Below, piece by piece: positions 52,056 through 64,000 of a stretch of DNA of 64,000 bases. The notes beneath the pieces are model-generated. The model saw only the letters and a program-made list of their open reading frames with translations. It was not told the origin of the DNA and ran no database searches. This DNA comes from Eledone cirrhosa (Eukaryota). The stretch covers positions 7,874,001 to 7,938,000 of the forward strand of contig OZ024744.1 in NCBI GenBank assembly GCA_964016885.1, written 5' to 3'. The first letter of the stretch is position 1, and every line of letters begins with the position of its first letter. The position numbers and the translations under genes are program-made.

Positions 52056-53008
52056 TAGACATGAAAAATGCGCAAGCTCAAAAGTGCCACAGAATATTAT
52101 AATAAACCTTCAAAAGTGTGGGACTAGAGTTGTTGCTAAAAAATATTGTAATCATTATATATCGTACATTCTGTGGCATCCTTTATAAAAATAGCTTAAA
52201 CCAACGAAGCCTTTATTTTTACGCTATTTCACTTAGTTAATTCTTAGAGTGTAACATATAAAAATAAATACATCTATGTTTAATGTAATAACAGCTATAA
52301 ATAATTACGTAATATTATTATCATATACTCATAGTAACAAAATAATTGTGTTGAAAATTAATATGATGCTTATATGAACGATCAAATCTATAATGATAAT
52401 TTCTTAAATATACTAATAGTAAAATAATTTAGTTATCTATTGTTACATTTTCATAGAACTATAATATTAACAATCGTATTGCATTATCAAATTTTTATCA
52501 CTACAAACTTTCATATTGGAATTACCTTAAGCCACTTATTATTACTTCGCTTTCGTACTTTTACAGCTGTAGATATTGCGCTGTATCTTATATCTAATAT
52601 CAATATCTCATGGTAATTTGCATGCAGTATAAAATAGGTTTATTAATAACTTTAATATGAAATGTATTATACAGGGCTGCGGAGTCGGCCAAAAATTGAC
52701 TGGCTCCAACTCAGGATCCGATACTCCATTATTTCCTAAATTTCAGCTCCGCAGCTCTGTTATTATATTAATTAATTTATTTTATAGTTGTAAATCATAT
52801 TTTTATATGTTACACTCTAAGAATTAACTAAGTGAAATAGCGTAAAAATAAAGGCTTCGTTGGTTTAAGCTATTTTTATAAAGGATGCCACAGAATGTAC
52901 GATATATAATGATTACAATATTTTTTAGCAACAACTCTAGTCCCACACTTTTGAAGGTTTATTATAACATTCTGTGGCACTTTTGAGCTTGCGCATTTTT
53001 CATGTCTA
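52056..53008. mobile_element. Foldback element with ~208-bp near-perfect terminal inverted repeats
   Basis: 52056-52264 is the reverse complement of 52801-53008 (TAGACATG...CATGTCTA). Confidence 0.85.
52672..52759. mobile_element. 88-bp hAT-like MITE nested in the foldback element
   Basis: TIRs CAGGGCTGCGGAG / CTCCGCAGCTCTG. Flanks GTATTATA / TTATTATA match at 7 of 8 positions, consistent with an 8-bp TSD. Confidence 0.65.
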
Positions 53009-53115
53009 TACATATATGTATACAGACGTACAGTAGTATGTATATATATACATACATGCACACATATACATATATGTATGTACGGATTTACCGAACATTT
53101 ATTACAATGCTCGGT

Positions 53116-53256
53116 TGGAGGTGGTGTTGGTGCTAGTGGTGGTGGTGGTGTTGGTGGTTGTGGTGTTGATGGTGGTGGTAGTGGTGGTGATGGTGGTGTT
53201 GGTGGTGGTGGTGATGGTGGTGGTGGTGTTGGTGCTGGTGGTGCTGGTGTTGGTGG

Positions 53257-53287
<31 letters not shown>

Positions 53288-53600
53288 GTTGGTGGTGTAG
53301 TGGTGGTGGTGGTGGGGGTGTAGTGGTGTAGTGGTGGTGGTGGTGGTGCTTGTGGTGGTCTCGTTGTGGTGGGGGTGGTAGTGGTGTAGTGGTGGTTGGT
53401 GGTAGTGGTGGTGGTAATGGTGTAGTGGTGTTGGTGGTGGTGGTAGTGTAGTAGTAGTGGTGCTGGTGGTAATGGAGGTAGTCGTGGTGGTAATGGTAGT
53501 GGTGCTGGTGTAGTGGTGTTGGTGGTGGTAGTGGTGGTAGTGATGGTGGTGGTAGTGGTGGTGGTGGTTATGGTAGTAGCTGTAGTGGTGGTGGTGGGTC
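53116..53600. repeat. Degenerate (GGT)n trinucleotide microsatellite
   Basis: Direct reading. Confidence 0.95.
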
Positions 53601-53789
53601 TCATTGCAATGTTTGAATATCTGATGTTTTTTAGTGTTTTCCTTTATTCTTCCAAGGCCAGTAACATCGTTCACTGGTGTTGTTGCTGCTTTTATTTTTG
53701 CTTTTAGCAAAGCAGAACTCGTAGCCATAACAACAGGGGAGGTAATAGTGGTGCAGTATCTGCTGTAGCTATACAGACCCACAGAGGAG

Positions 53790-56700
53790 TGACAGTCCTG
53801 TATACAATGACTATATTGGTAGATGTACTCCTCTAGTACTATTGTAGCTGTACAGTCCTGTATATAGTAACTACATTGGTAGATGTTCTCCTCTAGTACT
53901 ACTGTAGCTGTACAGTCCTGTATATAGTAACTACATTGGTAGATGTTCTCCTCTAGTACTACTCTAGTTGTACAGTCTTATATACAGTGACTACGTTAGT
54001 AGATGTTCTATAGTACTACTGTAGCTGTACAGTCCTGTATAGAGTGACTACATTGGTAGATGTACTCCTCTAGTACTACTGTAGCTGTACAGTCCTGTAT
54101 ACAGTGACTACATTGGTAGATGCTCTCCTCTAGTACTACTGTAGCTGTACAGTCCTGTATACAGTGACTACATTGGGAGATGTACTCCTCTAGTACTACT
54201 GTATCTGTACAGTGCTGTATACAGTGACTACATTGGTACATGCTCTCCTCTAGTACTACTGTAGCTGTACAGTCCTGTATACAGTGACTACATTGGTAGA
54301 TGATCTCCTCTAGTACTACTGTAGCTGTACAGTCCTGTATACAGTGACTACATTGGTAGATGATCTCCTCTAGTACTACTGTAGCTGTACAGTCCTGTAT
54401 ACAGTGACTACATTGGTAGATGATCTCCTCTTGTACTACTGTAGCTGTACAGTCCTGTATACAGTGACTACGTTGGTAGATGTTCTCCTCTAGTACTACT
54501 GTAGTTATAAAGTCCTGTATACAGTTACTACGTTGGTAGATGCTCTCCTTTAGTACTACTGTAGCCGTACAGTCCTGTATACAGTGACTACATTGGTAGA
54601 TGTTCTCCTCTAGTACTACTGTAGCTGTATAGTCCTGTAAACAGTGAGTACATTGGTAGATGTTCTCCTCTAGTACTACTGTAGCTATACAGTCCTGTAT
54701 ACAGTGACTATATTGGTAGATGTACTCCTCTAGTACTACTGTAGCTGTACACTCATGTATATAGTGACTACATTGGTAGATGCTCTCCTTTAGTACTACT
54801 GTGACTGTACAGTCCTGTATATAGTGACTACATCGGTAGATGTTCTCCTCTAGTATTACTGTAGTTATAAAGTCCTGTATACAGTTACTACGTTGGTAGA
54901 TCCTCTCCTTTAGTACTACTGTAGCTGTACAGTCCTGTATACAGTGACTACGTTGGTAGATGTTCTCCTCTGGTACTACTGTAGCTGTTCAGTCATGTAT
55001 ACAGTGACTACATTGGTAGATGTTCTCCTCTAGTACTGCTGTAGCTGTACAGTCCTGTATACAGTGACTACATTGGTAGATACTCTCCACTAGTACTACT
55101 GTAGCTGTACAGTTCTGAATACAGTGACTACATTGGTAGATGTTCTACTCTAGTACTACTGTAGCTGTACAGTTCTGTATACAGTGACTACATTGGTAAA
55201 TGTTCTCCTCTAGTACTACTGTAGCTGTACAGTCCTGTATAGAGTGACTACATTGGTAGATACTCTCCACTAGTACTACTGTAGCTGTACAGTTCTGAAT
55301 ACAGTGACTACATTGGTAGATGTTCTCCTCTAGTACTACTGTAGCTGTACAGTGCTGTATACAGTGACTACATTGGTAGATGTTCTCCTCTAGTACAACA
55401 GTGGCTGTACAGTCCTGCATACAGTGACTACATTGGTAGATGTTCTCCTCTAGTACTACTGTAGCTGTACAGTCCTGTATACAGTGACTACATTGGTAGA
55501 TGATCTCCTCTAGTACTACTGTAGCTGTACAGACCTGTATAGAGTGACTACATTGGTAGATGATCTCCTCTAGTACTACTGTAGCTGTACAGTCCTGTAT
55601 AGAGTGACTACATTGCTAGATGTTCTCCTCTAGTACTACTGTAGCTGTACAGTCCTGTATACAGTGACTACATTGGTAGATGTTCTGTTCTAGTACTACT
55701 GTAGCTGTACAGTCCTGTATACAGTGACTACATTGGTAGATGTTCTGCTCTAGTACTACTGTAGCTGTATAGTACTGTATACAGTGAGTACATTGGTAGA
55801 TGTTCTCCTCTAGTACTACTGTAGCTATACAGTCCTGTATACAGTGACTACATTGGTAAATGTTCTCCTCTAGTACTACTGTGGCTGTACAGTCCTGTAT
55901 ACAGTGACTACATTGGTAGATGTTCTCCTCTAGTATTATTTTAGCTGTACAGTCCTGTATACAGTGGTGACTACATTATTAGATGCTCTCCTCTAGTACT
56001 ACTGTAGTTGTACAGTCCTGTATAGAGTGACTATATTGGTAGATGTTCTCCTCTAGTACTACTGTAACTGTACAGTCCTGTATACAGTGACTACATAGGT
56101 AAATGTACCCCTCTAGTACTACTGTGGCTGTACAGTCCGGTATACAGTGACTACATTGGTAGATGTTCTCCTCTAGTACTACTGTAGCTGTACAGTCCTG
56201 TATATAGTGAGTACATTGGTACATGTTCTCCTCTAGTACTACTGTAGCTATACAGTCCTGTATACAGTGACTACATTGGTAGATGTGCTCCTCTAGTACT
56301 ACCGTAGCTGTACAGTCCTGTATACAGTGACTACATTGGTAGATGCTCTCCTCTAGTACTACTGTAGCTGTACAGTCCTGTATACAGTGTCTACATTGGT
56401 AGATGTTCTCCTCTAGTACTACTGTAGATTTACAGTCCTGTATAGAGTGACTACATTGGTAGGTGTTCTCCTCTAGTACTGCTGTAGCTGTACAGTCCTG
56501 TATACAGTGACTACATTGGTAGACACTCTCCTCTAGTACTACTGTAGCTGTACAGTTCTGAATACAGTGACTACATTGGTAGATGTTCTACTCTAGTACT
56601 ACTGTAGCTGCACAGTTCTGTATACAGTGACTACATTGGTAAATGTTCTCCTCTAGTACTACTGTAGCTGTACAGTGCTGTATACAGTGACTACATTGGT

Positions 56701-59700
56701 AGATGTTCTCCTCTAGTACTAATGTGGCTGTACAGTCCTGTATACAGTGACTACATTGGTAGATGTTCTCCTCTAGTACTACTGTAGCTGTACAGTCCTG
56801 TATTCAGTGACTACATTGGTAGATGTTCTCCTCTAGTACTAATGTGGCTGTACAGTACTGTATACAGTGATTACATTGGTAGATGTTCTCCTCTAGTACT
56901 AATGTAGCTGTACATTCATGTATACAGTGACTACATTGGTAGATGTTCTCCTCTAGTACTACAGTAGCTGTACAGTCCTGTATAGAGTGACTACATTGGT
57001 AGATGTTCTCCTCTAGTACAACAGTGGCTGTACAGTCCTGTATACAGTGACTACATTGGTAGATGTTCTCCTCTAGTACTACTGTAGCTGTACAGTCCTG
57101 TATACAGTGACTACATTGGTAGATGATCTCCTCTAGTACTACTGTAGCTGTACAGACCTGTATAGAGTGACTACATTGGTAGATGTTCTCCTCTAGTACT
57201 ACTGTAGATTTACTGTCCTGTATAGAGTGACTACATTGCTAGATGTTCTCCTCTAGTACTACTGTAGATTTACAGTCCTGTATAGAGTCACTACATTGGT
57301 AGGTGTTCTCCTCTAGTACTGCTGTAGCTGTACAGTACTGTATACAGTGACTACATTGGTAGATTCTCTCCTTTAGTACTACTGTAGCTCTACAGACCTG
57401 TATACAGTGACTACATTGGTAGATGTTTTCCTCTAGTACTACTGTAGCTGTACAGTCCTGTATACAGTGACTTCATTGGTAGATGTTCTCCTCTAGTACT
57501 ATTGTAGCTGTACAGTCCTGTATACAGTGACTACATTGGTAGATGTTCTCCTCTAGTATTACTGTAGCTGTACATTCTTGTATACAGTGGTGACTACATT
57601 GTTAGATGCTCTCCTCTAGTACTACTGTAGCTGTACAGTCCTGTATAGAGTGACTACATTGGTAGATGTTCTAATCTAGTACTACTGTAGCTCTACAGTC
57701 CTGTATACAGTGACTACATTGGTAGATGTTTTCCTCTAGTACTACTGTAGCTGTACAGTCCTGTATACAGTGACTTCATTGGTAGATGTTCTCCTCTAGT
57801 ACTACTGTAGCTGTACAGTCCTGTATACAGTGACTACATTGGTAGATGTTCTGTTCTAGTACTACTGTAGCTGTACAGTCCTGTATACAGTGACTACATT
57901 GGTAGATGTTCTGCTCTAGTACTACTGTAGCTGTATAGTACTGTATACAGTGAGTACATTGGTAGATGTTCTCCTCTAGTACTACTGTAGCTATACAGTC
58001 CTGTATACAGTGACTATACTGGTAGATGTACTCATCTAATACTACTGTAGCTGTACATTCCTGTATATAGTGACTACATTGGTAGATGCTCTCCTTTAGT
58101 ACTACTGTGACTGTACAGTCTTATATACAGTGACTACATTGGTTGAGTTTCTCCTCTAGTACTACTGTAGCTGTACAGTCCTGTATATACAGTGACTACA
58201 TTGGTAGATGCTCTCCTCTAGTACTACTGTAGCTGTATAATCCTGTATACAGTGACTACATTGGTAGATGTTCTCCTCTAGTACTACTGTGACTGTACAG
58301 TCTTATATACAGTGACTACATTGGTAGATGTTCTCCTCTAGTACTACTGTAGCTGTACAGTCCTGTATATACAATGACTATATTGGTAAATGCTCTCCGC
58401 TAGTACTACTGTAGCTGTATAATCCTGTATACAGTGACTACATTGGTAGGTGTTCTCCTCTAGGACTACTGTGGCTGTACAGTCCTGTATAGAGTGACTA
58501 CATAGGTAAATGTACCCCTCTAGTACTACTGTGGCTGTACAGTCCGGTATACAGTGACTACATTGGTAGATGTTCTCCTCTAGTACTACTGTAGCTGTAC
58601 AGTCCTGTATACAGTGACTACATAGGTAAATGTACCCCTCTAGTACTACTGTAGCTGTACAGTCCTGTATACAGTGACTACATTGGTAGATGTTCTCTTC
58701 TAGTACTACTGTAGTTGTACAGTCCTGTATACAGTGACTACATTGGTAGATGTTCTCCTCTAGTACAACAGTGGCTGTAGACTCCTGTATACAGTGACTA
58801 CATTGGTAGATGTTCTGTTCTAGTACTACTGTAGCTGTACAGTTCTGAATACAGTGACTACATTGGTAGATGTTCTACTCTAGTACTACTGTAGCTGTAC
58901 AGTCCTGTATACAGTGACTACATTGGTAGATGTTCTCCTCTAGTATTATTTTAGCTGTACAGTCCTGTATACAGTGACTACATTGGTAGATATTCTCCTC
59001 TAGTATTACTGTAGCTGTACAGTCTTGTATACAGTGGTGACTACATTATTAGATGCTCTCCTCTAGTACTACTGTAGTTGTACAGTCCTGTATAGAGTGA
59101 CTATATTGGTAGATGTTCTCCTCTAGTACTACTGTAACTGTACAGTCCTGTATACAGTGACTACATAGGTAAATGTACCCCTCTAGTACTACTGTGGGTG
59201 TACAGTCCTGTATAGAGTGACTACATTGGTAGATTTTCTCCTCTAGTACTACTGTAGATTTACAGTCCTGTATAGAGTGACTATATTGGTAGATGTTCTC
59301 TTCTAGTACTACTTTAGATTTACAGTCCTGTATAGAGTGACTACGTTGGTAGGTGTTCTCCTCTAGTACTACTGTAGCTGTACAGTCCTGTATACAGTGA
59401 CTACATTGGTAGATGCTCTCCTCTAGTACTACTGTAGCTGTACAGTCCTGTATACAGTGACTACATAGGTATATGTACCCCTCTAGTACTACTGTGGCTG
59501 TACAGTCCGGTATAAAGTGACTACATTGGTAGATGTTCTCCTCTAGTACTACTGTAGCTGTACAGTCCTGTATATAGTGAGTACATTGGTACATGTTCTC
59601 CTCTAGTACTACTGTAGCTATACAGTCCTGTATACAGTGACTACATTGGTAGATGTGCTCCTCTAGTATTACCGTAGCTGTACAGTCCTGTATACAGTGA

Positions 59701-62700
59701 CTACATTGGTAGATGCTCTCCTCTAGTACTACTGTAGCTGTACAGTCCTGTATACAGTGACTACATTGGTAGATGTCCTCCTCTAGTACTACTGTAGCTG
59801 TACAGACCTGTATACAGTGACTACATTGGTAGATTTTCTCCTCTAGTACTACTGTAGATTTACAGTCCTGTATAGAGTGACTATATTGGTAGATGTTCTC
59901 TTCTAGTACTACTTTAGATTTACAGTCCTGTATAGAGTGACTACATTGGTAGGTGTTCTCCTCTAGTACTACTGTAGCTGTACAGTCCTGTATACAGTGA
60001 CTACATTGGTAGATGCTCTCCTCTAGTACTACTGTAGCTGTACAGTCCTGTATACAGTGACTACATAGGTAAATGTACCCCTCTAGTACTACTGTGGCTG
60101 TACAGTCCGGTATAAAGTGACTACATTGGTAGATGTTCTCCTCTAGTACTACTGTAGCTGTACAGTCCTGTATATAGTGAGTACATTGGTACATGTTCTC
60201 CTCTAGTACTACTGTAGCTATACAGTCCTGTATACAGTGACTACATTGGTAGATGTGCTCCTCTAGTATTACCGTAGCTGTACAGTCCTGTATACAGTGA
60301 CTACATTGGTAGATGCTCTCCTCTAGTACTACTGTAGCTGTACAGTCCTGTATACAGTGACTACATTGGTAGATGTCCTCCTCTAGTACTACTGTAGCTG
60401 TACAGACCTGTATACAGTGACTACATTGGTAGATTTTCTCCTCTAGTACTACTGTAGATTTACAGTCCTGTATAGAGTGACTATATTGGTAGATGTTCTC
60501 TTCTAGTACTACTTTAGATTTACAGTCCTGTATAGAGTGACTACATTGGTAGGTGTTCTCCTCTAGTACTACTGTAGCTGTACAGTCCTGTATACAGTGA
60601 CTACATTGGTAGATGCTCTCCTCTAGTACTACTGTAGCTGTACAGTCCTGTATACAGTGACTACATAGGTAAATGTACCCCTCTAGTACTACTGTAGTTA
60701 TAAAGTCCTGTATACAGTGACTACGTTGGTAGATGCTCTCCTTTAGTACTACTGTAGCTGTACAGTCCTGTATACAGTGACTACATTGGTAGATGCTCTC
60801 CTTTAGTACTACTGTGACTGTACAGTCTTATATACAGTGATTACATTGGTAGATGATCTTCTCTAGTACTACTGTAGCTGTACAGTCCTGTATACAGTGA
60901 CTATATTGGTAGATGTACTCCTCTAGTACTACTGTAGCTGTACACTCCTGGATATAGTGACTACATTGGTAGATGTTCTCCTTTAGTCTACTGTGACTGT
61001 ACAGTTTTATATACAGTGATTACATTGGTAGATGTTCTCCTCTAGTACTACTGTATATCTACAATCCTGTATACAGTGACTACATTGGTAGATGCTCTCC
61101 TCTAGTACTACTGTGGCTGTACAATCCTGTATACAGTGACTACATTGGTAGATGTTTTCCTCTAGTACTACTGTAGCTGTACAGTCCAGTATATATAGTG
61201 ACTACGGTGGTAGATGTTTTCCTCTAGTACTACTGTGGCTGTACAGTCCTGTATACAGAGACTACATTGGTAGATACTCTCCTCTAGTACTACAGTAGCT
61301 GTAAAGTCCTGTATAGAGTGACTGCATTGGTAGATGTTCTCCTCTAGTACAACAGTGGCTGTACAGTCCTGTATACAGTGACTACATTGGTATATGTTCT
61401 CCTCTAGTACTAGTGTAGCTGTACAGTCCTGTATACAGTGACTACATTGGTAGATGTTCTCTTTTAGTACTACTGTGGCTGTACAGTCCTGTATACAGTG
61501 ACTACATTGGTAGATGTTCTCCTCTAGTACTACTGTAGCTGTAAATGTCTGTATACAGTGACTACATTGGTAGATGTTCTCCTCTAGTATTACTGTAGCT
61601 GTACAGTCTTGTATACAGTGGTGACTACATTATTAGATGCTCTCCTCTAGTACTACTGTAATTGTACAGTCCTGTATAGAGTGACTACATTGGTAGATGT
61701 TCTCCTCTAGTACTACTGTAGCTCTACAGTCCTGTATACAGTGACTACATTGGTAGATGTTCTCCTCTAGTACTACTGTAGCTGTACAGTCCTGTATACA
61801 GTGACTACATTGGTAGATGCTCTCCTCTATTACTACTGTAACTGTAGAGTCCTGTATACAGTGACTACATTGGTAGATGTTCTCTAGTACTACTGTAGCT
61901 GTACAGACCTGTATACAGTGACTACATTGGTAGATTTTCTCCTCTAGAACTACTGTAGATTTGCAGTCCTGTATAGAGTGACTACATTGGTAGGTGTTCT
62001 CCTCTAGTACTGCTGTAGCTGTACAGTCCTGTATACAGTGACTACATTGGTAGATGCTCTCCACTAGTACTACTGTAGCTGTACAGTCCTGTATACAGTG
62101 ACTACATTGGTAGATACTCTCCTCTAGTACCACTGTGGCTGTACAGTCCTGTATATAGTGACTACATTGGTAGATGCTCTCCTCTAGTACTGCTGCAGCT
62201 GTACAGTTCTGTATAGAGTGACTAAATTGGTAGATATTCTCCTCTAGTACTACTGTAGCTGTACTGTCCTGTATACAGTAACTACATTGGTAGATGTTCG
62301 CCTCTTGTACTACTGCAGCTGTACAGTCCTGTATACAGTGACTGCATTGGTAGACGTTCTCCTCTGTACAACTTTCGCTATAAAATCTTGTATACAGTGC
62401 CTACATTGGTAGATGTTCTCCTATAGTACTACTGTAGTTGTACAGTCCTGTATACAGTGACTACATTGGTAGATGTTCTCATCTAGTACTACTGTAGCTG
62501 TACAGTCCTGTATACAGTGACTACATTGGTAGATATTCTCCTCTAGTACTACTGTAGCTGTACAGACCTGTATACAGTGACTACATTGGTAGATGTTCTC
62601 CTCTAGTACTACTGTGGCTGTACAGTCCTGTATACAGTGACTACATTGGTAGATGTTCTCCTTTAGTACAACAGTGGCTGTACAGTCCTGTATACAGTGA

Positions 62701-64000
62701 CTACATTGGTAGATGTTCTCCTCTAGTACTACTGTAGCTGTACAGTCCTGTAGACGTTCTCCTCTTGTACAACTTTCGCTTCAAAGTCTTGTATACAGTG
62801 ACTACATTGGTAGATGTTCTCCTTTAGTACAACATTGGCTGTAGAGTCCTGTATACAGTGACTACATTGGTAGATGTTCTCCTCTAGTACTACTGTAGCT
62901 GTACAGTCCTGTATACAGTGACTAGATTGGTAGATGTTCTCCTCTAGTACTGCTGTAGCTGTACAGTCCTGTATACAGTGACTACATTGGTAGATGTTCT
63001 CCCCTCGTACTACTGTCACTGTACAGTCCTGTATACAGTGACTACATTGGTAGATGTTCTCCTCTAGTACAATTGTAGCTGTACAGTCCTGTATACACTG
63101 ACTACATTGGTAGATGTTCTCCTCTAGTACTATCGTAGCTGTACAGTCCTGTATACAGTGACTACATTGGTAGATGCTCTCCACTAGTACTACTGTGGCT
63201 GTACAGTCATGTATACAGTGACTACATTGGTGGATGTTCTCCTCTAGTACTACTGTAGCAGTACAGTCCTGTATAGAGTGACTACATTGGTAGATGCTCT
63301 CCTCTAGTACTACTGTAGATGTAGTCCTTTATACAGTGACTACATTGGTAGATGCTCTCCTCTAGTACTGCTGCAGCTGTACAGTTCTGTATAGAGTGAC
63401 TAAATTGGTAGATGATCTCCTCTAGTACTACTGTAGCTGTACTTCCTGTATACAGTGACTACATTGGTAGATGTTTTCCTCTAGTACTACTGTAGCTGTA
63501 CAGTCCTGTATACAGTGACTACATTGGTAGATGTACTCCTCTAGTATTACTGTAGATGTACAGTCTTGTATACAGTGGTGACTACATTATTAGATGTTCT
63601 CCTCTAGTACTACTGTAGATTTACAGTCCTGTATAGAGTGACTACATTTGTAGATGTTCTCCTCTAGTACTAGTGTGGCGATACAGTCCGGTATACAGTG
63701 ACTACATTGGTAGATACTCTCCTCTAGTACTACTGTAGCTGTACAGTTCTGAATACACTGATTACATTGGTAGATGTTCTACTCTAGTACTACTGTAGCT
63801 GTACAGTGCTGTATACAGTGACTACATTGGTAGATGTTCTCCTCTAGTACTAATGTGGCTGTACAGTCCTGTATACAGTGACGACATTGGTATATGTTCT
63901 CCTCTAGTACTACTGTAGCTGTACAGTCCTGTATTCAGTGACTACATTGGTAGATGTTCTCCTCTAGTAATACTGTAGCTGTACAATCCAGTATATATAG
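53790..64000. repeat. 60-bp tandem satellite, about 170 copies, continuing off the right edge
   Basis: Consensus CTACATTGGTAGATGTTCTCCTCTAGTACTACTGTAGCTGTACAGTCCTGTATACAGTGA. More diverged than the 102-bp array, with a local 600-bp higher-order repeat. Confidence 0.98.

Noticed and set aside
52876-53707. Pro-, Thr-, Gly- and Val-rich ORFs resembling mucin or extensin
   Set aside because: Several frames on both strands are open because the region is a (GGT)n microsatellite.

Overview
Eukaryotic, repeat-dominated window with no recognisable host gene. The AT-rich composition, dense (TA)n/(CA)n microsatellites and tRNA-like SINE suggest an invertebrate, probably an octopus (inference). Two tandem arrays bracket the window: a 102-bp satellite (1-13.3 kb) and a 60-bp satellite (53.8-64 kb), which share a 19-nt motif in opposite orientation. 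Between them lies a ~40-kb nest of Penelope-like retroelements (PLEs). Four families have a YRDD-type RT plus C-terminal GIY-YIG endonuclease and pseudo-LTRs (pLTRs), mostly ending in (TA)n. One YVDD-type RT copy has no endonuclease. There is a ~7.7-kb inverted duplication. I found more than 15 type I hammerhead ribozyme motifs by eye (canonical, minimal and variant-core), including a ~430-bp tandem retrozyme-like unit with an octamer motif and a palindrome carrying two full hammerheads. SINEs, LINE fragments, MITE/foldback elements and a probable Helitron end are also present. Most ORFs in the track are artefacts of satellites and microsatellites. All structures were derived by hand and coordinates are approximate.
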